Shown here piece by piece: positions 7,748 through 17,287 of a stretch of DNA of 64,000 nucleotides. The notes beneath the pieces were generated by a model. It was given only the letters and a program-made list of their open reading frames with translations, searched no databases and was not told where the DNA came from. The translations under genes and the position numbers were made by a program. The stretch comes from Gemmatimonadaceae bacterium (GTDB lineage Bacteria > Gemmatimonadota > Gemmatimonadetes > Gemmatimonadales > Gemmatimonadaceae). The stretch covers positions 105-64,104 of the forward strand of contig DATEPM010000180.1 in the NCBI GenBank assembly GCA_035273185.1, in the 5' to 3' direction. Position 1 is the stretch's first letter. Each line of letters opens with the position of its first letter.

Positions 7748-8330
7748 CGGAAAATCGCCATCGCTGCGCCAGCTCCGGCGCGACCAGCGGCGCCAGCTCG
7801 TTCGCGATCTGTTGCCGCAACATCTGTCCGCGCGGAAGATGGCGCAGGCGCTGGGCTGCACGCAGCGGACCATCGAGCGAGACATCGCGGCGGTTCGGCG
7901 CCAGCTGCAGGCGGAGATCGCCGTCAGCAGTGTGCTCGACATCGCGGCCAAGATCGTCGCATCGACCGAGGCGATCGACCGCACGCTATGGAGCATCGTG
8001 GCCGACAGAACGGCGAGCCCGCAGGCGCGCGTGGCTGGCGCGGCGGTGTTGATCAAGAATCGAGACTCGTGGGTGCGAGGGCTCCAGTCGTTGGGTATCA
8101 CGTTCAAGGCGCCCGAGCGGATCCAGGTGCAGGTGACGCTCTGGGACAAGATCATGGGGCTCTCGCCCGAGGAGTCGGAGCACCTGTTCGCGCTGACGAA
8201 GGAGCCGGAGCAGTTCTGGCCCGCGGCGGCGAAGCTGATGGGGCCGGAGTTCGTCGCGAACTGGCGTCCGCAGCTGACAAGCGGTGCGGAGGACATGGTG
8301 GTGGACGTTGGGGAGGTGGGAGATGCATAG
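7734..8330 (+). CDS. HTH-domain protein, possibly small-terminase-like
   Basis: In-frame GTG 7734 overlaps the previous stop. LSARKMAQALGCTQRTIERDIAAVRRQL is an HTH followed by a helical region. The start is uncertain (the track ORF begins at 7557). Confidence 0.45.
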   Translation: MSARDGKSPSLRQLRRDQRRQLVRDLLPQHLSARKMAQALGCTQRTIERDIAAVRRQLQAEIAVSSVLDIAAKIVASTEAIDRTLWSIVADRTASPQARVAGAAVLIKNRDSWVRGLQSLGITFKAPERIQVQVTLWDKIMGLSPEESEHLFALTKEPEQFWPAAAKLMGPEFVANWRPQLTSGAEDMVVDVGEVGDA

Positions 8331-8592
8331 CAGCAATTTCCTGGTGCCATACACACCGCGCCCGGATCGGCAGCGCCGGCCCGCGTCGGCGGCAGTCCTG
8401 CAATCGGTGGCGGTCGGCCAGTTGCATTACCTGATCGAGACGCGCCAGTGGACGGTCGAGCAGTGGCCGCCTTCGGTCGATGGAAAGTCGGAGTTCCTCG
8501 CAGCGCTGGATGAAGACATCGAGGCGTGGCGGCGGCGGCTGCGTGCACTCGATTGCCTGGACCCCGGACACGCACCGGAGGCAACGGCGTGA
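8323..8592 (+). CDS. hypothetical protein
   Basis: ATG 8323 is preceded by GGGAGGTGGGAG. The track start 8284 gives a W/R-rich leader. Confidence 0.45.
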   Translation: MHSSNFLVPYTPRPDRQRRPASAAVLQSVAVGQLHYLIETRQWTVEQWPPSVDGKSEFLAALDEDIEAWRRRLRALDCLDPGHAPEATA

Positions 8593-8954
8593 CGCACGCG
8601 GAGCTGCTCGGCCGCTGGCGAGCGCGCAGGGAGGAATACCAGCGCCTGCACGTGATGGTGGACGGTGCCGCCATCGTCGACGAGATGCTTGCCGATCTGC
8701 GTGAGCTCGAGGAGGACGATGTTGTGTCCCTCCAGCAGGCGAGCGCGATCGGCGGCTACTCGATCGATCACCTCCAGCGCCTCGTTCGCGAGGGCCGGAT
8801 TGAGAACCGCGGCCGGAAGCACGCGCCGAGGATCAGGCGGGCGGACGTGCCGGTGAAGGCCGGCTTCACCGGCGCCTTGCCAATGCGCACAGGTGATGCA
8901 GAATTCTCCATACGCCGGCGGATCGTGGCCGATGTCAAACACGGAGACGTGTGA
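8589..8954 (+). CDS. excisionase-type HTH protein
   Basis: GTG 8589 overlaps the previous stop (GTGA). VSLQQASAIGGYSIDHLQRLVREGRIENRG..HAPRIRRADV is HTH_17-like. Confidence 0.55.
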   Translation: MTHAELLGRWRARREEYQRLHVMVDGAAIVDEMLADLRELEEDDVVSLQQASAIGGYSIDHLQRLVREGRIENRGRKHAPRIRRADVPVKAGFTGALPMRTGDAEFSIRRRIVADVKHGDV

Positions 8955-8955
8955 T

Positions 8956-10131
8956 ATGGCATCGACTCGACGGCAGCAGAAAGTCTGGTCGTTCATCGCG
9001 GGGGAGAAGGGCGCGAATCGCGTGCGCGTCTACGCGCGCGGGGATCGCGGCGGCATCTGGGTCGACTACCGCGATGATCAAGGAAAGCGGCACCGCGAGC
9101 CGCTGGGGGAACTCACCCCAGATCAGGCGAAGCAGAGGGCGGAGGCGATCGCGGCGAAGTTCCGGCGCGAGGGACCGCGCCAACCGACACGCGCGACGCT
9201 GTCGGCGCTGATTGACATGTACGAGGGGGAGGTGACGCCGACGAAGGTCGACACCGTGCAGGCGCATGATCGCCGGGCATTCGAGCTGTTCAGGCGCGCT
9301 TTCGGCCCTGATCGGCGCCCGGAGACGCTATCTCGGCGAGACTGGGACTCCTACATCTCCGCGAGGAGATCGGGCCGCCTGCGGCCTCCTGGGACGAAAC
9401 GGAAGGGGGTTCGCGACCGGGTGATCGAGCAGGATTTGAATTTGCTCAACGCGTTGCTCAACTGGGCGACACAAGCCGGTGATGGCCGCGGCGGGTACCT
9501 GCTCGAGCGGAATCCGCTGAAGGGGCTGCCGGTCCCGAAGGAGGAGAGCCCCAAGCGGGCGCTGCTCACGCCGGAGCAGTTCGCGAAGGTGCGGACGGTG
9601 GCGGCAGCCATGAGTTCGCGGCTCGAGTGTTTCGCGGTGCTGGCGTGGTACACCGGCCATCGCGCCGCCTCGATCCGGCAGCTCCGATGGAGCGACGTGG
9701 ACCTGGAGAACGCGCGCATCCACTGGCGCGGCGAGGCCGACAAGATCGGGCTCGATCACTGGAACCCGCTGCACCCGGAGGCGGTGGCGGCACTGAAGGC
9801 GGAGCAGGGGCGCGCGGCGGCGATCGGCGATGCGTGGGTGTTCCCCGCTGCCAGGGATGCGCGGACCCCATTGTCCAGAAACGCTGTGTGCAACTTGTGG
9901 AAACGGATCGCGGCGAAGGCGAAGCTCCCCACCGGCGAGCGGTACGGCTGGCACTCGTGCCGGCGGGCGTTCGCGAACCGACTGCGGCGGGTGCCACTGC
10001 GGGACCTGCAGGATCTGGGAGGGTGGAAGACGTCGGCGACGCTGCTGACGGTGTATCTCCGAGCCGACGAGGACGCCCAACGCGAGGCGCTGGCCCAGGA
10101 CGCGCCCGTGTCAGCTACGGGCAACGGGTAG
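8956..10131 (+). CDS. int: tyrosine recombinase / phage-type integrase
   Basis: ATG 8956 lies directly after the stop at 8954. The catalytic pattern is present: GHRAASIRQLRWSDV (Arg), HSCRRAFANRL (H-x-x-R) and GGWKTSATLLTVYLR (Tyr). Confidence 0.9.
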   Translation: MASTRRQQKVWSFIAGEKGANRVRVYARGDRGGIWVDYRDDQGKRHREPLGELTPDQAKQRAEAIAAKFRREGPRQPTRATLSALIDMYEGEVTPTKVDTVQAHDRRAFELFRRAFGPDRRPETLSRRDWDSYISARRSGRLRPPGTKRKGVRDRVIEQDLNLLNALLNWATQAGDGRGGYLLERNPLKGLPVPKEESPKRALLTPEQFAKVRTVAAAMSSRLECFAVLAWYTGHRAASIRQLRWSDVDLENARIHWRGEADKIGLDHWNPLHPEAVAALKAEQGRAAAIGDAWVFPAARDARTPLSRNAVCNLWKRIAAKAKLPTGERYGWHSCRRAFANRLRRVPLRDLQDLGGWKTSATLLTVYLRADEDAQREALAQDAPVSATGNG

Positions 10132-10163
10132 AATGGGCACCAGGAACAGGCACCAGCGGCTCT

Positions 10164-10174
10164 GGTCGCCAGAA
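10164..10174 (+). repeat. GGTCGCCAGAA, right copy of the 11-nt direct repeat (candidate attR core)
   Basis: Lies in the 108-bp spacer between the integrase stop (10131) and the rpsG stop (10240). Confidence 0.3.
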
Positions 10175-10239
10175 ATACGATGCCCCGCCGGCCGGGCAGG
10201 GCCAAGCGGGGCAACGGGTTGGGAACGAGGCGGTCTGGC

Positions 10240-10710
10240 CTACCAGCGGTAGTGGGCGAAGGCCTTGTTCGCGTCGGCCATGCGGTGTGTGTCGTCCTTC
10301 TTCTTCACCGCGTTACCCTCGCCCTTGGACGCCGCGATCACCTCGGCCGCGAGCTTCTCGGGCATGGACTTCTCGTTGCGCTCGCGCGAGTACAGGATGA
10401 GCCAGCGCATCGCCAGCGCGGTGCGGCGCTCGGGGCGCACTTCCACCGGCACCTGGTAGGTGGCGCCGCCCACGCGGCGGCTCTTCACCTCGACCACCGG
10501 CTTGAGGTTCGCCAGCGCCTGCTTGAACACGTTGACCCCGGGCTGATTGGTGCGGGACTCCACCAGATCCATGGCGCCGTAGAAGATGCGCTCGGCGGTG
10601 GACTTCTTCCCCTCGTACATCAGCACGTTGATGAACTTCGAGACGGTCTGGCTGTCGTAGCGCGCGTCGGCCAGCACCGGACGCTTCACTGCACTCTTGC
10701 GGCGGCTCAC
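10240..10710 (-). CDS. rpsG: 30S ribosomal protein S7
   Basis: [46 protein letters not shown]...[18 protein letters not shown] 10710 overlaps the rpsL stop (GTGA). Confidence 0.95.
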   Translation of the reverse strand: MSRRKSAVKRPVLADARYDSQTVSKFINVLMYEGKKSTAERIFYGAMDLVESRTNQPGVNVFKQALANLKPVVEVKSRRVGGATYQVPVEVRPERRTALAMRWLILYSRERNEKSMPEKLAAEVIAASKGEGNAVKKKDDTHRMADANKAFAHYRW

Positions 10711-11102
10711 TTCTTCCCTCCGGCGGCTGCGCCCTTCGGCTTCTTGGTGCCGTACTTCGACCGGCTGCGGTTCCGACCATTCACGCCCGCCGCGTCCAGC
10801 GTGCCGCGGACGATGTGATAGCGCACGCCCGGGAGATCCTTCACGCGGCCGCCGCGCACCAGCACGATGGAGTGCTCCTGCAGGTTGTGCCCCTCGCCGG
10901 GGATGTACGCGATGATCTCGAAGCCGTTCGTCAGGCGCACCTTGGCCACCTTGCGCAGCGCCGAGTTCGGCTTCTTGGGGGTGGTGGTGTAGACGCGCGT
11001 GCACACCCCCCGGCGGAAGGGGTTCGACTGCAGCGCCGGCGACTTCTCCTTCTTGATCACGTCGCGGCGACTCTGCCGGACGAGCTGATTGATGGTCGGC
11101 AT
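10707..11102 (-). CDS. rpsL: 30S ribosomal protein S12
   Basis: [57 protein letters not shown]... Trimmed to the conserved MPTINQL start. Confidence 0.95.
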   Translation of the reverse strand: MPTINQLVRQSRRDVIKKEKSPALQSNPFRRGVCTRVYTTTPKKPNSALRKVAKVRLTNGFEIIAYIPGEGHNLQEHSIVLVRGGRVKDLPGVRYHIVRGTLDAAGVNGRNRSRSKYGTKKPKGAAAGGKK

Positions 11103-11182
11103 GAACTCAGGTTCGGACGAAAGCCACGGCCTGCACCGCGGCACAGCACACGAACCGCCCGGTTGGGCGGTAGAGACTGTGG

Positions 11183-11211
11183 AAATTAGATGGGGCGAGC
11201 GGGGGTGTCAA
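11183..11211 (-). promoter_or_regulatory. sigma70-type promoter for rpsL-rpsG (TTGACA - 17 nt - TAATTT)
   Basis: Minus strand reads TTGACAcccccgctcgccccatcTAATTT, about 80 nt upstream of the rpsL ATG. Confidence 0.5.
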
Positions 11212-11597
11212 GCAACGCGGGTGGCGTAATCGCAACCCGCGGCGCAGGATGCGCCACACGGGCCGATGCCGCGGCCGGCGCTCGCGGGTGTGTGGAGCCG
11301 GGGCTCGAATCGGCGTCTGTGGATCGAGTGCCACACCGTCCCGAGAACACGCGTCAGGCAAAATGGCGCTGACGTCCTCCCAAAGTCACCTGAGCACTGC
11401 CTCTTGCGAGGGGGCTGACGCGTGACGTAGGATAGCCCCGCTGGAGTTTCCCCACGGTATGGCGGGCGGGCGGCTCGCGTTCCTGGTGCGCTGGTCAATC
11501 CGCCCTGCCCGAAACAAGTTCCGCCACATGCAGCTTATGACATCGCGCATGTCGATGCTCCGGAAGTCGCCCTGCCCCTAACCCCGTACACCTCATC

Positions 11598-14500
11598 ATG
11601 AAGACAAGCGTACTCGCGGCACTGATGGGAATATGCCTCGTTGCGGCGCAAGCGTCTGCGCAGCAACGGCTGATTCACGGCAAAGTAGTCGACGACGTTG
11701 GCGACCCGCTCTCCAACGTGCAGGTCGCCGTCACGGGCACCAGCCGCATCACGAGCACCAATACCGCTGGTACGTACGTCATTCCCGCCAGGACGGGTCA
11801 GACCCTTCAGTTCCGTTACATCGGAACGCAGCCGATCCAGCGAACGGTCGGGACGAGCGATACCATCAACGTGCAGCTTCGACGCGTCGCGGTGAGCCTC
11901 AACGCGCTGACGGTAACGGCTCTGGGTCAGTCGGCGGCGGAACGCTCGTTGGGAACCGCGCAGCAGACCGTCCAGGGAAGCGACGTTGCCCAGACGCAGC
12001 GCATGAACTTCACGGACGCGCTGCAGGGTCGCGTCGCCGGGGTTCAGGTGAACCCGACATCGGGCGTTCCTGGCGCTTCGAGCAAGATCGTGCTCAGAGG
12101 CATCAGCTCGATCAGCAGCAGCAATCAGCCGCTGTTCATCCTGGACGGCCTCCCGATGAACAACAATGTCTTCAGCTCGGGGTTGCTGGGCTCCGGCCGT
12201 CCTGGCTCTTCGAATTCTTTCGAGAACCGGGACGTCGACTTCACCAATCGCGCGGCCGACATCAATCCCGACGACATCGAGAGCATCGTCGTGCTGAAGG
12301 GGCCGGCGGCGTCCGCGCTGTATGGCATCGACGCGGCGAACGGCGCGATCGTCATCACGACGAAAAAGGGGCGGCCGGGTACGGGCGGCTTCGAGCTGAA
12401 CTCCTCCACGCAGATCGAGACGCCGTCGAGGTACCCGGAAATTCAGCAGCAGTTCGACACGACCGCGTGCTGCTCCAGCGGCGGCTACACGTATTTTGGG
12501 CCGCAGTATGCCGCCGGCACCAGGCTCTATGACAACGTCAAGGGCTTCTTCCAGACCGGGGTTTCGACCCGCAACAATCTTGCGTTCACCGGCGCATCGG
12601 CCGATTCCAGGATCACGTATCGCGTCTCGGCCTCGGTGGACCGGGATAACGGCGTGATCCCGAACACGAAGTACGACCGGAACAACATCACCGGCCGGTC
12701 CACGGCCCAGGTCACGTCCTGGTTGGGCGCCGACCTTTCGATGATGTACTCCAATTCCGCGAACAATCAGCCGTTCAACGGCGTCTCTGGCCCGCTGCTC
12801 GGGCTGCTCATATGGCCGCAGACGGATAACGCGGCCGACTACCTGACGCCGGCCGGCGACCGGCGCCTGATCGGAAGCCAGAGCACGTACACAGGGTCCT
12901 TCGACAATCCGTATTTCAGTGTGAACAAGAACAAGGTCAACTCGAAGAGCCACCGGTTCATCTCGAATCTCGGTCTCACCGTCACCCCGTTTTCATGGGG
13001 TAACCTCAAGAGCAATATCGGCATCGACGCGAATAACAATGACGTGCTGGTCCTGCGTCATCCGGAGAGCGAGACGGGTGCCACCTATACCTCGGGGCCC
13101 GGCACGAATGGTGGCGTGCTCGATGTTGCCAGCGTCACGACGCCGGATCTCAGCGAACAGACGCTGTTCAACGTCAACAGCTATTCGATCACGAACAATC
13201 TCTCCATATCGGGGTTGGTCGGGCAGTCGGTCGTGGATGACAAGAGCACCACAGTCGCGGTGACCGGCCAGAGTTTCCTGGACCCGAACTTCGTCTCGAT
13301 CAACAACACGGCGCAGTGGATTCCCCTGACCACGACAACGCAGCGGCGCCTCGTGAGCGGGTTTGGGCAGGCCACGTTGAACTACCACGAGTACCTGTAC
13401 CTGACCGCAACAGGGCGGAACGACTGGACCTCCACGATCCCGAAAGGCAAGAATTCCTTCTTCTATCCATCGTTCAATACGAGCTTCGTCTTCTCCGATG
13501 CCTTCCCGGGGGTGGCGAAGTTCGTGACCGGCAAGCTGACGGCCGCGTATGCGGAAGTCGGGCGTGATGCGCAACCGTATGCGTACATCCCGGCGCTCCA
13601 GCAGAAGACGACAGCGTACGGCGGCTTCGGGTACGACTTCTGGGGTCCGAACCCCAACCTGAAGCCCGAGTGGTCGAAAAACTGGGAGTTCGGCACCCAG
13701 CTGAGCTTCCTCGACGATCGACTCGGTCTCGACGCCACCTATTACAGCAAGCGCACGTACGATGAGATCGTTCAGAATGTCCGACAGAGCTACGGGACCG
13801 GTTTCATTCTCTTCAACCTGAACGGCGCAGACACGAAGAACGCCGGGCTCGAGCTCACGGTGAATGCCGTTCCGGTGCTGCACCGCAATTTCGAGTGGGA
13901 CATTCTCGCGAACTTCGACAAGGCGAAGGGCAAGACGATCTCCCTGCCCTTCAACCTGCCGGAATTGTATAACTCCGATAGCTGGGTCGCCGGCAACGTT
14001 CGCAACGGGACCATGCCGGGACTATCCACGATGTCGTTGACCGGCTACTTCTGGCGGCGCAACAACCAGGGCAAGCTGCTCATCGACCCGTCGACCGGCC
14101 TTCCCATCGCGGCGACCGACTTCATCGATGCAGGCTATGACCGGCAGCCCGATTTCACCATCGGGCTGACGAACACGTTCCGGTACAAGGCCGTGTCGCT
14201 GAATTTTCTGCTCGACCTCCGCCGCGGCGGAGACATCTATGACGCAACGGATTGGTATCTCACTACTCACGGCCTGAGCAAGCAGACCGAGGACCGCTGG
14301 ACGCCTCGCATCGTCGCGGGCGTGCTGCGAGATGGCAAGGAGAACACGGCCAATCCGACGCCGAACAACATCGTGATCGTCCCGGCGATCAACACGAACT
14401 ACTACACGGATATGAGCCCCGAGCAGTTCATCGAGAAGAACATCAACTGGCTGCGGCTGGCGGATGTCACCCTCAGTTACACGCTGCCACAGCGGATCCT

Positions 14501-14681
14501 GTCGAACGCGAGCGTCTTCGTCACCGCCACCGACCTGTTCATGCTCACCAACTACACCGGTCTCGATCCCCTTGGGAGCGCCAGCAACCCGAATACGGGC
14601 GGCTCGGGGTCCGTCGGAATCGACTACGGCAACTTCGGAATTCCGAGAGTGATCAGTGTCGGCGCCAAGGTGAGGTTCTGA
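11598..14681 (+). CDS. SusC/RagA-family TonB-dependent outer-membrane receptor
   Basis: 1027 aa with a signal peptide, a CarboxypepD_reg-like N-terminus (HGKVVDDVGDPLSNVQVAVTGTS...TNTAGTYVI), plug motifs (DIESIVVLKGPAASALYG..AANGAIVITTKKG) and a C-terminal ...VGAKVRF. Confidence 0.9.
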   Translation: MKTSVLAALMGICLVAAQASAQQRLIHGKVVDDVGDPLSNVQVAVTGTSRITSTNTAGTYVIPARTGQTLQFRYIGTQPIQRTVGTSDTINVQLRRVAVSLNALTVTALGQSAAERSLGTAQQTVQGSDVAQTQRMNFTDALQGRVAGVQVNPTSGVPGASSKIVLRGISSISSSNQPLFILDGLPMNNNVFSSGLLGSGRPGSSNSFENRDVDFTNRAADINPDDIESIVVLKGPAASALYGIDAANGAIVITTKKGRPGTGGFELNSSTQIETPSRYPEIQQQFDTTACCSSGGYTYFGPQYAAGTRLYDNVKGFFQTGVSTRNNLAFTGASADSRITYRVSASVDRDNGVIPNTKYDRNNITGRSTAQVTSWLGADLSMMYSNSANNQPFNGVSGPLLGLLIWPQTDNAADYLTPAGDRRLIGSQSTYTGSFDNPYFSVNKNKVNSKSHRFISNLGLTVTPFSWGNLKSNIGIDANNNDVLVLRHPESETGATYTSGPGTNGGVLDVASVTTPDLSEQTLFNVNSYSITNNLSISGLVGQSVVDDKSTTVAVTGQSFLDPNFVSINNTAQWIPLTTTTQRRLVSGFGQATLNYHEYLYLTATGRNDWTSTIPKGKNSFFYPSFNTSFVFSDAFPGVAKFVTGKLTAAYAEVGRDAQPYAYIPALQQKTTAYGGFGYDFWGPNPNLKPEWSKNWEFGTQLSFLDDRLGLDATYYSKRTYDEIVQNVRQSYGTGFILFNLNGADTKNAGLELTVNAVPVLHRNFEWDILANFDKAKGKTISLPFNLPELYNSDSWVAGNVRNGTMPGLSTMSLTGYFWRRNNQGKLLIDPSTGLPIAATDFIDAGYDRQPDFTIGLTNTFRYKAVSLNFLLDLRRGGDIYDATDWYLTTHGLSKQTEDRWTPRIVAGVLRDGKENTANPTPNNIVIVPAINTNYYTDMSPEQFIEKNINWLRLADVTLSYTLPQRILSNASVFVTATDLFMLTNYTGLDPLGSASNPNTGGSGSVGIDYGNFGIPRVISVGAKVRF

Positions 14682-14683
14682 CC

Positions 14684-16363
14684 ATGAAACTCACATCAAT
14701 GACCCGGATGAAGATCACGCGTAGCATGCTGCTCGCAGGCGTCCTGACGCTGAGCGCGAGCTGCCAGAACTTCCTCGACGTCAACAACAATCCGAACGGG
14801 CCAAGCAGCGCCACCGTCTCGGCAAATCTGTATCTCGCGCCGATGATGAACTGGCTGGTGGCGGACCAGCAGTGGGACGCCTATTCGGGGGGCATCCCGA
14901 ATTACGTGCAGAACTTCACGTACACCCTGAGCACCAATTACCGCCACACCGTCTTCGATAGGATGGGAGATTACAACACCGACAATGGCAAACAGGCGTG
15001 GCGCGACGTGTACTGGAGCTGGGGCCAGAACCTCATCGACATGAATACCAAGGCCCAGGCCGATAAGCGGTGGGATCTCCTCGGCGTGGGCATGATCCTC
15101 AAGGGGTGGGGTTGGGAGGAGTTGGCCGGCCTTTACGGCGATGCCATCGTCAAGGAGGCCTTCGATCAGTCGAGATCCAAGTTCGACTATGACACCGAGG
15201 GCTATGCGCTTGACGAGGCGATGAAGGATATAGACAGTGCCATCGTGCTGCTGCAGCGCACCGACGGTGCGGTGAGCGCGACATACCTCGGCGTGGGCGA
15301 CCACATCTACGGCGGCGATCGCACCAAATGGCTGAAGTTCGCGTACGGTGCGCGCGCCCTCTGGGAGAATCGCTACTCGAACAAGTCCTCGAAGTACGAC
15401 CCGGCAAAGATCATCGCCGACGTCGACAAGTCCTTCACGAGCAACGACGACGACGCCGTATTGAAGTACCTGGGCACGCAGCACGATGACCTCGACTTCT
15501 TCGGACCCACGCGCCAGAACATCGCTAACCAGCGGCAGACCCAGTTTACCGTCTCGTTGATGGATGGCACGGTGTTCGGCGGCACCGTGGACCCGCGCAT
15601 GAGCCGTATGCTGGCTCCGTCGCCGGATGGGCAGTATCGCGGCCTGGATCCCAACCAGAACGCCTTTGGCGCGCTCTCGACAGCTCAACGGCCGATGAAT
15701 GTCTGGGGGTACCCAAACATACCGCCGGGGGGCAGCCTCGGGCGGTACCTGTTCGCGGATCACGAGAAAACCCCGGTGATGACGTACTCGCAGCTCCAGT
15801 TCACCAAGGCCGAAGCGGCGTTCCGCGCGGGTGACAAGGCGACGGCACTCGAGGCGTACCGGAACGGCATTTCGTCGCACATTGACTTCGTGAATGCACG
15901 AAATCAGGACGACAACCAGACTGGAGGCGGTCGGTGCAACCCCACGACAGACTGCGCTCCTCCCGTAACCCTGATCAGCGACGCCGAGAAGTCGGCGTTC
16001 CTCTCGGACCCCAGCATCGTACCTGCCGCGGCGAACCTCACGATGTCCGACATCATGGCGCAGAAGTACATCGCGCAGTGGGGGTGGGCATTCTACGAGC
16101 AGTGGATGGACATGCGCCGGTTCCACTACACGGACCACTACGCGGGCGAGGCCCAGCAGGCGTTCCCGGGTTTCGCGGTGCCAACCGTACTGTACGTTCT
16201 CAACAGCGGCAAGGTCATCTATCGACTGCGCCCGCGCTACAACTCGGAGTACGTGTGGAACTCGGAAGCGTTATCCAAGATCCAGCCCATCAGCGGCCTC
16301 GCCGATGATTACCAGACGTCGGAGCTCTGGATCACTCAACCGGACGGAACCTCGGATCACTAA
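14684..16363 (+). CDS. SusD/RagB-family lipoprotein
   Basis: MKLTSMTRMKITRSMLLAGVLTLSASCQNFLDVNNNPNGP has a lipobox followed by the typical SusD start. It begins 3 nt after susC. The track ORF 14252.. was trimmed. Confidence 0.85.
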   Translation: MKLTSMTRMKITRSMLLAGVLTLSASCQNFLDVNNNPNGPSSATVSANLYLAPMMNWLVADQQWDAYSGGIPNYVQNFTYTLSTNYRHTVFDRMGDYNTDNGKQAWRDVYWSWGQNLIDMNTKAQADKRWDLLGVGMILKGWGWEELAGLYGDAIVKEAFDQSRSKFDYDTEGYALDEAMKDIDSAIVLLQRTDGAVSATYLGVGDHIYGGDRTKWLKFAYGARALWENRYSNKSSKYDPAKIIADVDKSFTSNDDDAVLKYLGTQHDDLDFFGPTRQNIANQRQTQFTVSLMDGTVFGGTVDPRMSRMLAPSPDGQYRGLDPNQNAFGALSTAQRPMNVWGYPNIPPGGSLGRYLFADHEKTPVMTYSQLQFTKAEAAFRAGDKATALEAYRNGISSHIDFVNARNQDDNQTGGGRCNPTTDCAPPVTLISDAEKSAFLSDPSIVPAAANLTMSDIMAQKYIAQWGWAFYEQWMDMRRFHYTDHYAGEAQQAFPGFAVPTVLYVLNSGKVIYRLRPRYNSEYVWNSEALSKIQPISGLADDYQTSELWITQPDGTSDH

Positions 16364-16375
16364 CCGGAATCTGCC

Positions 16376-17191
16376 ATGAATAGATATCAATCGGTCGCGG
16401 TGCTGTTGGGCGCAGCGCTGCTGACCTCGTGCGACCTGTTCGGCGGCGATACCGGTTTGCGGGACATCACGGCGCCGCCCCCGTCTGCTCGGGTCAAGTT
16501 CCACAACTTCTCGCCGAACTCGGTCGGGGTGGACTTCTTTGCTAACGACACGAAGATGACCGCGATCGCCAGCTCCGCGTGTCAGAACCCGACCACCGCG
16601 GCCGACTCGACGGCGTGCACGACTGTCGGCAAGGAGTCGACCGTTGGCACCAAGTTCGGCCAGGTCGCCTCTGGCGGGCTGTACGACGCGATCAACCCCG
16701 GACAGTATACCCTGGCCGCGAAGATCGCGGCGGCGTCCGACGTGGTGTCGACGGCCAGCCAGACGATTGCCGATGGGAAGTACTACTCGTTCTTCCTGAG
16801 CGGCCCCTACGATGCGGCCACGAAGACCGCGCAGGCGTTCGTCGTCGAGGATCCCATCCCGCCGGGCATCGACTACACTGTCGGGTACGTGCGCCTGGTC
16901 GATGCGGTCTCGGACGGCGCTGACGCGTTGACGTTGTACGTCACGAACACCGAAACGAAGGTGGAGTCGGCCGTGGGTTCTTCGGTAGCGTACAAGGCGG
17001 CCGGCGCGTTCGAGAAACTTGCTCCCGGCACGTACACGCTCGCCGTGCGCTACCCCGGATCGGGCAGTAACGTGATCAGCAGGACTTCTACCGTGTCGGT
17101 GCGCGGCGGTGATGTGTACACGGTTACCGCCTACGGCAGCACGGGCACCAGCTCGACGCTGGGGCTGGATTTCACGGAGAACCAGCGATAA
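16376..17191 (+). CDS. DUF4397-like lipoprotein
   Basis: A LLTSC lipobox is followed by repeated beta-rich modules (ARVKFHNFSPNSVGVDFFANDTKM...; VRLVDAVSDGADALTLYV). Confidence 0.55.
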   Translation: MNRYQSVAVLLGAALLTSCDLFGGDTGLRDITAPPPSARVKFHNFSPNSVGVDFFANDTKMTAIASSACQNPTTAADSTACTTVGKESTVGTKFGQVASGGLYDAINPGQYTLAAKIAAASDVVSTASQTIADGKYYSFFLSGPYDAATKTAQAFVVEDPIPPGIDYTVGYVRLVDAVSDGADALTLYVTNTETKVESAVGSSVAYKAAGAFEKLAPGTYTLAVRYPGSGSNVISRTSTVSVRGGDVYTVTAYGSTGTSSTLGLDFTENQR

Positions 17192-17224
17192 GCACGTTCG
17201 GCGATCCCTTTCACCTCGCCTGCA

Positions 17225-17262
17225 AGAACGGGCGCGGAGCCCTGTGGCTCCGCGCCCGTTCT
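17225..17262. terminator. perfect 17-bp stem / 4-nt loop hairpin between convergent genes
   Basis: AGAACGGGCGCGGAGCC ctgt GGCTCCGCGCCCGTTCT. Confidence 0.6.
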
Positions 17263-17287
17263 GCTTCATCGACGCCGCGGTGTTGCC

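Larger units (their letters stand above)
1..10174 (+). mobile_element. integrative element(s): integrase-terminated island; left boundary outside the window or at 3692
   Basis: The region carries an integrase, three Xis-like HTH genes, a phage replication gene, a prohead protease, RadC and a lower-GC lipoprotein. It is tightly coupled on the plus strand and abuts the core gene rpsG. Confidence 0.75.

Noticed and set aside
10119-10219. 11-nt direct repeat GGGCAACGGGT at 10119-10129 and 10209-10219.
   Set aside because: The first copy lies inside the integrase coding sequence and the two copies are only 90 bp apart. This cannot delimit an element and is probably chance in GC-rich DNA.
11212-11597. 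Looked for a riboswitch (for example a cobalamin B12-box) or other leader RNA upstream of susC-1.
   Set aside because: No B12-box-like or other recognisable conserved core was seen.
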